A stretch of DNA of 64,000 nt from an uncultured delta proteobacterium. Its GTDB lineage: Bacteria > Desulfobacterota > BSN033 > UBA1163. A program made the translations under genes and the position numbers. The notes below the pieces were generated by a model that was given only the letters and a program-made list of their open reading frames with translations, ran no database searches and was not told where the DNA came from. This document shows positions 51,372-59,915 of this stretch, one piece after another; the first letter of the stretch is position 1, and every line of letters begins with the position of its first letter. The DNA is taken from contig CAVPSJ010000004.1 of assembly GCA_963708295.1 (NCBI GenBank), positions 512,001 through 576,000 of the forward strand. The letters are read 5' to 3'.

Positions 51372-53396
51372 TTAACCGCAACCCTGTTTCTCTCCTATTC
51401 TCACATCCACCGTATTGTCATAGAACGTACTGCCTCCGCCCTGGTCTGTCAAACGCTGGGAAGTCAACGCATTGACAGAGCGAAGACCGCGACAGTGTTC
51501 CAGCCACCAGATTCCTTCTGCCACCACGACCCCGGAGGGAACCCGGGGAGTGACATGGAGGGTGAACGCGACCTCCCCGAGTTGATTGAAGGCGATGACA
51601 GAATCGCCTTCAATGATGCCTTTTGCCTTTGCATCAGCCGGATTCATTTGAAGGAACATGGCTTTCTCTGTTTTGCGGAGGTCTTCTCTTTCCCTGAAAG
51701 AGGAGTTTAGGCAGTATAAACTCGGTGCCGTCATCAACCGAAAGGGGTAATCTCCTTCGTAGGGAGGGAGATGACAGGGCAGCGGATGAGATTCTCTTGG
51801 GTTCAGAATTTCAATCTTTCCAGAAGGGGTTCTAAAATGGGTTCGCCCATCGGGTGGAAGTGGAATTTCCACCGCCTTCCCCGCGGAGAAGGCTTTTTGA
51901 TCAATTCCTTCCCGCATGGGGCTCGGAAGGGTAAGAAGATGATCAATCAGATCATCAGCCGTTTGACGAAAAAAGGGCTCATGGAATCCCATCCCCTGTG
52001 CCAAAAGAGAAGAAACGTCCCAGTTCGACCTACTTTCTCCAACCGGAGGGATGACCGCTTTCGCGCGTTGAATGCAGTAGGTGCCATAGGAACGGTAAAC
52101 ATCGCTGTGTTCGAGAGAGGATGTGGAGGGCAGCACGATGTCTGCGTAGCGAGCCGTGTCGGTCATGAATCTTTCGTGAACAACGGTGAAGAGGTTTTCT
52201 CGTTGTAGCCCTCTTAGAACTTGGTTCTGGTCGGGAGTAGCTGCCGCCGGGTTAGAATGATAGACATAGAGGCTTTGGATGGGAGGATCCTTCAGCTCAT
52301 TCAGGGCCCATCCCAGGCGATTCATGTTAAGGGTGCGGGTCTTTTTCGCCATAAAATCTTCCCGCAGGACTTCTTTCATGGCAAAGGCACCGGCCGTGCT
52401 TGTACCGGCAAGACAGCCGCCCCCCTTCTTTCCATAGGCCCCGACGAATGCGGCCAAACAAGCGATGGTACGTATGGTCATCGCTCCGTTGCCGTATCGA
52501 GAAAGTCCGCTCCCAAGTCTGATGAAAGGATTCTTCGCTCTCCCGTAAGCATGAGCCATCGTCTTAATACTCTCTACGGGAAGACCTGCGAGGAGGCTGA
52601 CTTTTTCGGGAGAGAAGTCTGGAAGAATCTGTTCTTTCAATTCCTCAAAACCCTGAACGTGAGATGCTAAGAAATGATGGTCAATGAGGTCGTCCCTGAC
52701 AAGAAGGTGCATCAAACCCAGGGCAAGGCAACCATCGCTCCCTGGGCGAACGACGTAAGTTTGATGAGCCACAGACGACGTCACCGTCTGGTAAGTGTCA
52801 ACAAGCCAAACCATTGCGCCCTTCTCTTTAGCTCTATTGACCCCATGGAGAAAATGGAAATTGGTCGCCACTGCATTAATTCCCCAAAGAATGACCAGAT
52901 CGCTCTCGGCCACTTCATCAGGATGGGGAGCGGGCGTTTCTCCCATTACCGCTTTCCACCCCGCTTCTTTCGCAGGAGAGCAGATCGTTCGGTCGAGGCG
53001 AGAAGCCCCCAGTCGATGGAAAAAAGGGTGTCCCGCAGTCCGCTGAATGAGTCCCATCGTTCCGGCATAGGAGTACGGAAGAATCGCTTCGGGTCCATAC
53101 GGATCGATGATCTTTTGCCAGCCCTCTGTAATCCGGCGGATGGCTTCTTCCCAGGAGATTGAGCGAAACTCTCCAGAGCCTTTGGCTCCTGTTCGTAACA
53201 GGGGATGCGTCAGACGAAGCGGTGAATGAACGGTTTCTTGATAGTGATTCATCTTAACGCAAAGGGTTCCTCTCGTAAAAGGATGTTCCGGGTCACCCGA
53301 AACTTTGACTGCTCGTCCGTCAACGACTTCCACCAGTAGTCCGCAGGTGTCCGGGCAATCATACGGGCAAACGGACCGTTTCATCTCTTTCGGCAT
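51372..53396 (-). CDS. Molybdopterin oxidoreductase family protein (YoaE-like)
   Basis: CPYDCPDTC, GTLCVK, YSYAGTMG, TICS and TDTARYADIVLP motifs. Confidence 0.9.
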   Translation of the reverse strand: MPKEMKRSVCPYDCPDTCGLLVEVVDGRAVKVSGDPEHPFTRGTLCVKMNHYQETVHSPLRLTHPLLRTGAKGSGEFRSISWEEAIRRITEGWQKIIDPYGPEAILPYSYAGTMGLIQRTAGHPFFHRLGASRLDRTICSPAKEAGWKAVMGETPAPHPDEVAESDLVILWGINAVATNFHFLHGVNRAKEKGAMVWLVDTYQTVTSSVAHQTYVVRPGSDGCLALGLMHLLVRDDLIDHHFLASHVQGFEELKEQILPDFSPEKVSLLAGLPVESIKTMAHAYGRAKNPFIRLGSGLSRYGNGAMTIRTIACLAAFVGAYGKKGGGCLAGTSTAGAFAMKEVLREDFMAKKTRTLNMNRLGWALNELKDPPIQSLYVYHSNPAAATPDQNQVLRGLQRENLFTVVHERFMTDTARYADIVLPSTSSLEHSDVYRSYGTYCIQRAKAVIPPVGESRSNWDVSSLLAQGMGFHEPFFRQTADDLIDHLLTLPSPMREGIDQKAFSAGKAVEIPLPPDGRTHFRTPSGKIEILNPRESHPLPCHLPPYEGDYPFRLMTAPSLYCLNSSFREREDLRKTEKAMFLQMNPADAKAKGIIEGDSVIAFNQLGEVAFTLHVTPRVPSGVVVAEGIWWLEHCRGLRSVNALTSQRLTDQGGGSTFYDNTVDVRIGEKQGCG

Positions 53397-53554
53397 GAAA
53401 AATCTCCTTGATCACCTTTTGTTTCCCACTCTTCAAATATATAAGACACTTATGTTTACTTCAACTGCCTGGTTGAAAATGGCACTCTTCATCCTTCTCA
53501 TTTTTCTCGACCGCAACATATAAATTTTGAGTATTCCTATAGGCAGTATGGTCA

Positions 53555-54202
53555 ATCGGGTAGGAGGCGGGGTTGCCCCCGCCGTCCTCCCACACCACCT
53601 GGCATACGGTTCCGTACCAAGGCGGTTCCTGCCAAGCCACTCTGTTTCTACCTTATCGCCTGTCTTCCTATAAGCGCCCAGCCTTACCTCGCGGATTCCG
53701 TCCGCTACTTCCAGCTTTAAGGCCCTCTTACGAGGCATCTGCTAAAGAAGATCAGAAACTTGGCTCATGCCTGGCTGACAGGTTTGGCCCTTTGTCGAGC
53801 GGTTTACCCGACTCTTACGGCCTCTGCTGACTTCTACCAACCCATCCCATCACTTTGCAATGACGGTAGCACATGGCAGGTGGGCAGATCTCCCAGGGTA
53901 ATGCGTGCAACCTTCATCCCATATACCCGCCGCATCTACTTCTACATCTTCCGGGTGATTATTGGGCTTTGGATCTTGTTGCCTCCTCGCCCAGATGTAG
54001 CTGCCTCTATGCGGTTCCTGTTCGTCGGGCCGGGACTTTGCCTACAGCTTCCTTCGGATTCCACCTCACGGTGGACACCCTTGCTGTTCGGCTAACAGTT
54101 CCCATCACCAGGGTCTGTAGAGGACTTTCACCTCCAAATCACTCGGTTAAACACCACATCTAACCAAGCTGGTATATGCACTGCACGCCATGCCTGGCAC
54201 AC
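53555..54202 (-). mobile_element. Group IIC intron, ORF-less (about 650 nt)
   Basis: 5' GTGTGCCAGGCATGG; DI motif GCAAGGGTGTCCACCGTGAGGTGGAATCCGAAGGAAGC; DV GAACCGCCTTGGTACGGAACCGTATGCCAGGTGGTGT; DVI ending CTACCCGAT; lies just after a hairpin plus T tract. Confidence 0.85.
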
Positions 54203-54204
54203 AA

Positions 54205-54243
54205 CAAAAAAAAGGTACATGCTGTTTCAGCGTGTGCCTTTTT
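54205..54243. terminator. Bidirectional intrinsic terminator-like hairpin (intron target)
   Basis: AAAAAAAAGGTACATGCTG-TTT-CAGCGTGTGCCTTTTT. Confidence 0.65.
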
Positions 54244-54385
54244 ACGGGAAACGGGAATGACTCCCGGTTATTCCTTCTCAGTGGAAGAATTCCCTTCTTT
54301 TGATCGGAGAAACCGGTTATAATAGGGCTTTAACGACTTGAGCGATGGAAAGCAGCAAAAAACGAATTCATGGGAATGTGGTGCG

Positions 54386-55843
54386 ATGACAGAGAAAGAG
54401 ATGAATGAAGAGGTCAGCTTTGAGGAGCTCTTGAAGGCGAGTACCGAGACTGGCGGTCGCAAGCTTTTCCCGGGAGAAAAAGTTTCCGGAAAGGTGGCGA
54501 AGGTCAGCAAGGATACGATCTTTGTTGACTTAGGGGGGAAGAGCGAGGGCATTGCGGATATTCAGGAATTCCTGGATAAGGACGGCCAACTTACCGTCGC
54601 GCAAGGGGACTGGGTCGAGATGAGGGTGGCGTCGATCCGCGACGGAATTCATCTCACAAAGGGGATGAAAGTTCAGGGTGCGGATGCCCTCGACATGCTC
54701 CGGGAGGCCAAGGAAAATGTTATTCCTGTCGAGGGAAGGGTTTCAGGAGTCGTAAAGGGAGGCTTTGAGGTTAACCTTTCCGGTATTCGCGCATTTTGTC
54801 CTATAAGCCAGATCGACCTTGCCTTTTGTGAAAAACCTGAGGAGCATGTGGGAGGGAGATATCCGTTTCGCATCATGGAGATTAAGGAAAGAGGGAAGAA
54901 CATTATTGTCTCCAGACGTGTGCTGATGGAGGAAGAACGGGAGAAAAGATCCAAAGAAACCCTCGCGAGGCTCAAACCTGACCTGGAGTGTGAAGGGAAA
55001 GTGACGAAACTGACCGACTTTGGCGCCTTCATCGATATCGGAGGAATCGAGGGGATGGTCCATATCTCTGAGATATCCCACGGAAGGATCGGCCATCCAT
55101 CAGAGATTCTCAAACCCGGCCAGCAGGTAAAAGTTAAGGTGAAGAAGATCGAATCGGATAAGGAGGGCCGGCCCAAGATCTCTCTGTCCGTCAAAGCCCT
55201 GGAGCCGGATGCATGGGATAGAGGCCTTGGATTCGAAGAAGGGGAGATCATCCATGGAAAGGTCACCAGGCTCGCGGATTTCGGCGCCTTTGTGGAAGTG
55301 GCGCCCGGCGTGGATGGCCTGGTTCACATCTCTGAGATCAGCTACGAACGCGTTTCTCACCCAAGTAAACTTCTCAAAGAAGGAGAGGACGTGGATGTGC
55401 TTGTCATGGGAATAGACCGGGAAGCGCACCGCATCTCCTTGTCGATCAAGGAAGTGGCGATTAAGAAGAAGATGGAAATGGAGGAGGGATCGGAGAAGGT
55501 TCGCCTCGAAGTGGGACAGATTCTGAGGGGAATTGTGGAAGATGGCAAGCCATACGGTCTTTTTGTTCGACTTCCACAGTTCGGACCCAGGGTGAGAGGC
55601 TTGCTTCCTATCGAAGAGCTGAGAGTCTCTGAGAGGGGAGATGTTAAAAAGAGGTTTCCCAAAGGCCAGGAGATTCGGGTGGAGATCATCGCCATAGACG
55701 AAAAAGGAAGGATCCGGCTGTCACAAAGGGTGATGGAGGAAAGAGAAGATCGGAAAGATTACGAAAAATTTGTTGAGAAGGAAGAGGAGGGGGGAAAACT
55801 CGGCACCTTGGGAGAAATTTTCAAGGATCTTAAGATTAAATGA
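54386..55843 (+). CDS. Ribosomal protein S1-like multi-S1-domain protein
   Basis: Repeated S1 motifs (DFGAFIDIGGIEGMVHISEIS, DFGAFVEVAPGVDGLVHISEIS) and C-terminal GTLGE. Confidence 0.85.
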   Translation: MTEKEMNEEVSFEELLKASTETGGRKLFPGEKVSGKVAKVSKDTIFVDLGGKSEGIADIQEFLDKDGQLTVAQGDWVEMRVASIRDGIHLTKGMKVQGADALDMLREAKENVIPVEGRVSGVVKGGFEVNLSGIRAFCPISQIDLAFCEKPEEHVGGRYPFRIMEIKERGKNIIVSRRVLMEEEREKRSKETLARLKPDLECEGKVTKLTDFGAFIDIGGIEGMVHISEISHGRIGHPSEILKPGQQVKVKVKKIESDKEGRPKISLSVKALEPDAWDRGLGFEEGEIIHGKVTRLADFGAFVEVAPGVDGLVHISEISYERVSHPSKLLKEGEDVDVLVMGIDREAHRISLSIKEVAIKKKMEMEEGSEKVRLEVGQILRGIVEDGKPYGLFVRLPQFGPRVRGLLPIEELRVSERGDVKKRFPKGQEIRVEIIAIDEKGRIRLSQRVMEEREDRKDYEKFVEKEEEGGKLGTLGEIFKDLKIK

Positions 55844-55865
55844 AAATCATGACATTCTCACCGGT

Positions 55866-56759
55866 TCAAGTTACAGGATTTCTTACGGATCGAAGATAAT
55901 GTTTAAGGCAATGCTGGAAATTATCCACGACATCCTTTTTGCTGTTGACGATAAAGATTTGATTTCGGACATGGAATACTTCTTCGAACAACCTTTCCAC
56001 CGGATAGAGGGTTTTTGAGTTCCTTCCATATCTTTTCTCCAACTCCTGCTCAAACATCACGACGAGTTTGTCCTTCATTCTCAACTGCGTATCATTGAAG
56101 AGGAGCGCCACTTCCGGCAGGAGATCGTTCATTCTGGAAAAAAAAGAAGAAATCTCGTTCTGTTCAACTCCTTTGGGAGGGGAGGATTTAACCTCCACAT
56201 AGACGAGCCTCTGGTTCCAGGAGGCAATGACGTCATAGTCGCCACCTGAAGGAGTTTTCTTCACCCGGACTCCATAAATCGCCGCAGAGGAAAACTCCCT
56301 CTTAAACACCTCGGCAATGAACCATTCCAACGTGGGTCCAAAGCTGTAAAGGGGGGAGACGCAGGTTCGATACTTCCCTCTCCCACTTTTTATTATCGCC
56401 CCTATTTCCTGCAGAAGGTGGCAATATCCTTGAACCACCTTCGAAGAGCAGTAATGGGTCAGATCCCTGACTCGGAACCCCTCCTGGAATTTGATCATAT
56501 CTCTCAGAACGAGACGAAAAGAGTATTTCTTCATCATCTCGTAAAGTCGATTTTTATAAAAAGGAGAAAGATCTGCAGGAAAAAACAGACGGGAAGTGGG
56601 ATTCTTGTGGAATACCTTGATTCCCCTCGCTCTGAGCATCTTCTCCACGGGCGAGGGATCTTCTGCGGAAGCAACCTGGATGGATTCAATCTCTTTGGTG
56701 AGGGATCGGACTTTCCTTTTTAAGGATTGGATCTCCCGCAGAGCTTCCTTTAATTTCAT
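55866..56759 (-). CDS. Hypothetical protein with PD-(D/E)xK nuclease-like motif
   Basis: FGPTLEWF..GDYDVIA..VYVEVKS. Confidence 0.6.
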   Translation of the reverse strand: MKLKEALREIQSLKRKVRSLTKEIESIQVASAEDPSPVEKMLRARGIKVFHKNPTSRLFFPADLSPFYKNRLYEMMKKYSFRLVLRDMIKFQEGFRVRDLTHYCSSKVVQGYCHLLQEIGAIIKSGRGKYRTCVSPLYSFGPTLEWFIAEVFKREFSSAAIYGVRVKKTPSGGDYDVIASWNQRLVYVEVKSSPPKGVEQNEISSFFSRMNDLLPEVALLFNDTQLRMKDKLVVMFEQELEKRYGRNSKTLYPVERLFEEVFHVRNQIFIVNSKKDVVDNFQHCLKHYLRSVRNPVT

Positions 56760-57151
56760 TTTGAGTCCTCACTGCCCAAATTGTGCCCGCTTTAAATTTC
56801 ATTGAATTTCTAATGGTTACAGGCGGTTCCCACCTATTAATAATCTCTTACAAAAGTTGGTGTTGGTTGTCAACAATCGGCAAGAATTTTTTTGACATGG
56901 GCACAGTTACAGGCACAGTCATTCCATCAGAAAATAAGAATGAAACGCTGTCAAAGGCATGCTCCTTTATTCTTCCTCCTCTCAATTCCCTTCCGCCACG
57001 GCAAGAGATCTGCGGGTTCGTCTCTTCCTATGTCCATTTTCGGGAGGTCCTTTTTCCTTGACACAGAGCACCCTCAATTTGTAATAGTCTTACAAAGCAA
57101 TTTCTGCTACAATTGACATAATCCGTTAGCCTAATAATTTGGTGGTGACCG

Positions 57152-57475
57152 ATGAAAGAACCTCAGAAAAAACAAGAGATCATGCAATTATTGGAGAAAC
57201 AATTGCCTTACTTACATGAAAAATATGGCGTACAACGAATCGCCGTGTACGGCTCGTTTGCGAAAGGCAATCAGACAAAAAGAAGTGATGTCGATATCCT
57301 TGTTCAATTGGCGAGACCGTTGGGGTTGGAGTTTGTTGAACTGGCTTACCATCTTGAGAAGATATTGAAGAAGAAAGTGGATCTGGCTACCTTTGATACG
57401 CTAAAGAGAAGTCTGGAGAGCCCTCGCTACAAACACATTGCTTCTGACATTGAAAGGACACTGAGCTATGTCTAA
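57152..57475 (+). CDS. MNT nucleotidyltransferase antitoxin
   Basis: YGSFAKG.Q...SDVDILV and KVDL motifs. Confidence 0.85.
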   Translation: MKEPQKKQEIMQLLEKQLPYLHEKYGVQRIAVYGSFAKGNQTKRSDVDILVQLARPLGLEFVELAYHLEKILKKKVDLATFDTLKRSLESPRYKHIASDIERTLSYV

Positions 57476-57503
57476 GCGGAGAGACTCCGACTACCTCAGT
57501 TAA
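57468..57503 (+). pseudogene. Truncated HEPN/DUF86 toxin start
   Basis: Overlapping ATG encoding MSKRRDSDYLS*, resembling DUF86 N-termini. Confidence 0.5.
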
Positions 57504-57511
57504 CCTTCCTT

Positions 57512-57565
57512 TGGTGCCGGAAGTCGGAATCGAACCGACATGGGGTGGAAGCCACGCGGGATTTA
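57512..57565 (-). pseudogene. 3' half of a tRNA-Leu (att-like remnant)
   Basis: AAATCCCGCG-variable arm-GTCGGTTCGATTCCGAC-TTCCGGC-A-CCA; no matching 5' half upstream. Confidence 0.7.
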
Positions 57566-58468
57566 GAACCCCCGATAGAGCTGATACCGCTTCGCCCATT
57601 GGATCGCTTCCAGATATTCTTTCCGGGTGATACGGCGATTGATCTCAGGGCACTCATGGGCTCGATACTCCGGCCGATATTGGTCCATGATGTTGACATA
57701 AGAATGGACTGAAATCTCCTCAGCGATGAACCGGAGGACGGCTTCCGACGAAGCCACCCCATGAGGCATCACCAGGTGTCTGATCAGGAGTCCCCTCTCG
57801 GCAATCCCCTTGGAATCAACGGTCAAGTCTCCCACCTGGCGGTGCATCTCTTTAAGAATCTCTTTGAGTACCCCGGGATAGTCTGGAGCATTTGAGAATT
57901 GTTCTGAACGGTTGCTATCCAGATATTTTGCATCGGGCATGTAAATATCGACTACCCCTTCCAGGAGTCGAACCACCTCGAGGGACTCATATCCAGAGCA
58001 GTTATAGACAATAGGAAGCCGAAGACCCATCTCTATAGCTTCGGGCAGAGAGGCAACGATCTGGGGGGTGTAGTGGGTAGGAGTGACGAAGTTGATGTTG
58101 TGGCAACCCATTTCCTGGAGCCTGACCATGACCCGTGCCATATCTGAGGAGGTCATGGGCTCACCATTTCCAAGATGACTGTTGTCATAATTTTGGCAGA
58201 AAATACACCGAAGGTTGCAGTGGGTGAGGAAAATGGTTCCTGAACCGTGATATCCAACCAGGGGAGGTTCCTCCCCAAAATGGGGAAAGGCGCTCGAGAC
58301 CTTGAGCTCTAACCCAGCCTGGCAAATCCCCACCTCTCCCTTTAGACGATTGACCCCGCATTCCCTTGGACAAAGCCGGCACTCCTTCAGTAATTCTTTC
58401 AGGAGTCGGCCTCTTTGCTGGAGTTCTCCGTTCTCAAAAAGATGGATGTAAGAGGGGATGAAAGTCAC
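57563..58468 (-). CDS. Radical SAM protein (PflX-like)
   Basis: CRLCPREC, HFGEEPPL, CNLRCIFCQN and LLIRHLVMP motifs. Confidence 0.9.
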   Translation of the reverse strand: MTFIPSYIHLFENGELQQRGRLLKELLKECRLCPRECGVNRLKGEVGICQAGLELKVSSAFPHFGEEPPLVGYHGSGTIFLTHCNLRCIFCQNYDNSHLGNGEPMTSSDMARVMVRLQEMGCHNINFVTPTHYTPQIVASLPEAIEMGLRLPIVYNCSGYESLEVVRLLEGVVDIYMPDAKYLDSNRSEQFSNAPDYPGVLKEILKEMHRQVGDLTVDSKGIAERGLLIRHLVMPHGVASSEAVLRFIAEEISVHSYVNIMDQYRPEYRAHECPEINRRITRKEYLEAIQWAKRYQLYRGF

Positions 58469-58610
58469 CTCATTGCCGCTGGATGAGAGATTTTCGCGCT
58501 TTAATTATAAATTATCACAAAACATCAAGGAATTCTATTAGAGGGGGAATCAGAGAAAAGAAGCTTTCTCTGTTGCAAGCGGGTACGATCAAATTTTCCA
58601 AAAATTCAGA

Positions 58611-59315
58611 CTAAATGTTCTTGTAGACGGTAACGAATCTACGATAGTAGTCATTGGGAATTCTCTCTTTTCTCTCAATGAGGCCTTTGACATATGTAGG
58701 GCCGTAGTTATAAGCAGTCAGGGCGGTCCCAACGTCCTTGAAGTCATGCATGAGCTGAGAAAGGTAATAAATTCCAATTCTTATGTTGAGGTACGGATTA
58801 AATAGGGTTCGATCTCCGCTCCACTCAATACCCAGATCACGGGCGAGTGATTTGGCCACATAGGGCATGATCTGCATTAAACCTTTGGCACCCTTCTGAG
58901 AGACGGCCCAGTTGTAGAACTCGCTTTCAGTGAAGATAAGGGCCAGGATGAATTTTGGGTCATGGTTGTAACGGGTAGCCTCCTCGTAGATAACCTCGGC
59001 AAGCTCCTCTTTCGTCACATTGGCCAGGCCTGTCGGTTGCCTCTCCAATACCTCAAGAATCTCCCTTATTGTCTGCTCTCTTTGCGAGTGATCAGGAACA
59101 AAATTGGGGGAATGGAAGGAAATAATAAAGGCGACGGTAAAGAGAACTGATTTTGGGAAAATACATGAAATGGAAAGACTTTTCTTTTTACAAGTAATGG
59201 CTTCGGGAATGGTTTCAATCCTTGCCCACCCCGGTGCCTTCAGACGGCCGTCTCTTCGGCCTGAAATAGCGTGGGGAGGATGTTCTGTACGTAATGGGAC
59301 TTCAAGAAACTCCAT
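58611..59315 (-). CDS. Lytic transglycosylase (SLT domain)
   Basis: TES, GAKGLMQIMP and AYNYGP motifs. Confidence 0.9.
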   Translation of the reverse strand: MEFLEVPLRTEHPPHAISGRRDGRLKAPGWARIETIPEAITCKKKSLSISCIFPKSVLFTVAFIISFHSPNFVPDHSQREQTIREILEVLERQPTGLANVTKEELAEVIYEEATRYNHDPKFILALIFTESEFYNWAVSQKGAKGLMQIMPYVAKSLARDLGIEWSGDRTLFNPYLNIRIGIYYLSQLMHDFKDVGTALTAYNYGPTYVKGLIERKERIPNDYYRRFVTVYKNI

Positions 59316-59621
59316 TTACAAGCCTCCTTGTAATTTAATTTCACAATGGTAACATACCGCAAGCGGTCTTGTCAAGTTCCAAATCCTCCCGTAGCCGTTC
59401 ACGCCACAATATGTAGTAGATGAGGAGAATATAAATCTTACAGACAGTGGGTCGATTCAAATAGGTCCAGGATTCAGGCTGCACTAGTCATCCTCCGCCT
59501 CTGTAAAGAAAGGATCAGCTCCCGAAAGAAAGATACGCGGATTTTCTTGAGAGTTGATCGACTGAAGCTGGAACCTATGTTCCGAGACGGTACTCCATGG
59601 GCAAAACTTGTCTGTTTTTAG

Positions 59622-59882
59622 TCACTTGACTCGCTTTAGACCAGTATGGATCTTCGGTGGTTTTCCTCCTTTCTCCCCCTTCTTCTTCAGCACATTCTCG
59701 TTGAAGAGGCTGTTCTTTACGCTAACGGCGTTGATGATGCAGTAGATAATCACTGACTTTTCCCAGTCCTTTGTTCCATCAAAATGCTCTATCTTCAAAC
59801 GATACTTCTCTCTCAGATGGGATAGGGACGCCTCATCAAAGGAAAGAACCTGTTCAGCTAGCTTCTCAAGAGCTTTTTCCAT
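59622..59882 (-). CDS. Conserved hypothetical protein
   Basis: MEKALEKLAEQVLSFDEASL; RBS AAGGAG. Confidence 0.7.
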   Translation of the reverse strand: MEKALEKLAEQVLSFDEASLSHLREKYRLKIEHFDGTKDWEKSVIIYCIINAVSVKNSLFNENVLKKKGEKGGKPPKIHTGLKRVK

Positions 59883-59915
59883 ATTGACTCCTTTAATCAA
59901 GGAAAGTGCCGTCCA

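Noticed and set aside
53433-54163. ORFs inside the intron region as a maturase/RT
   Set aside because: They have no YADD or other RT motifs and are translations of structured RNA.
54245-54320. Possible Moco/Wco riboswitch upstream of the molybdopterin enzyme
   Set aside because: There is only a short CTCCGA resemblance, and I could not find the other conserved elements.
57512-57565. tRNA-Sec (selC) or an intact tRNA
   Set aside because: The A discriminator and arm sequences fit Leu, and the D arm and 5' acceptor strand are absent.
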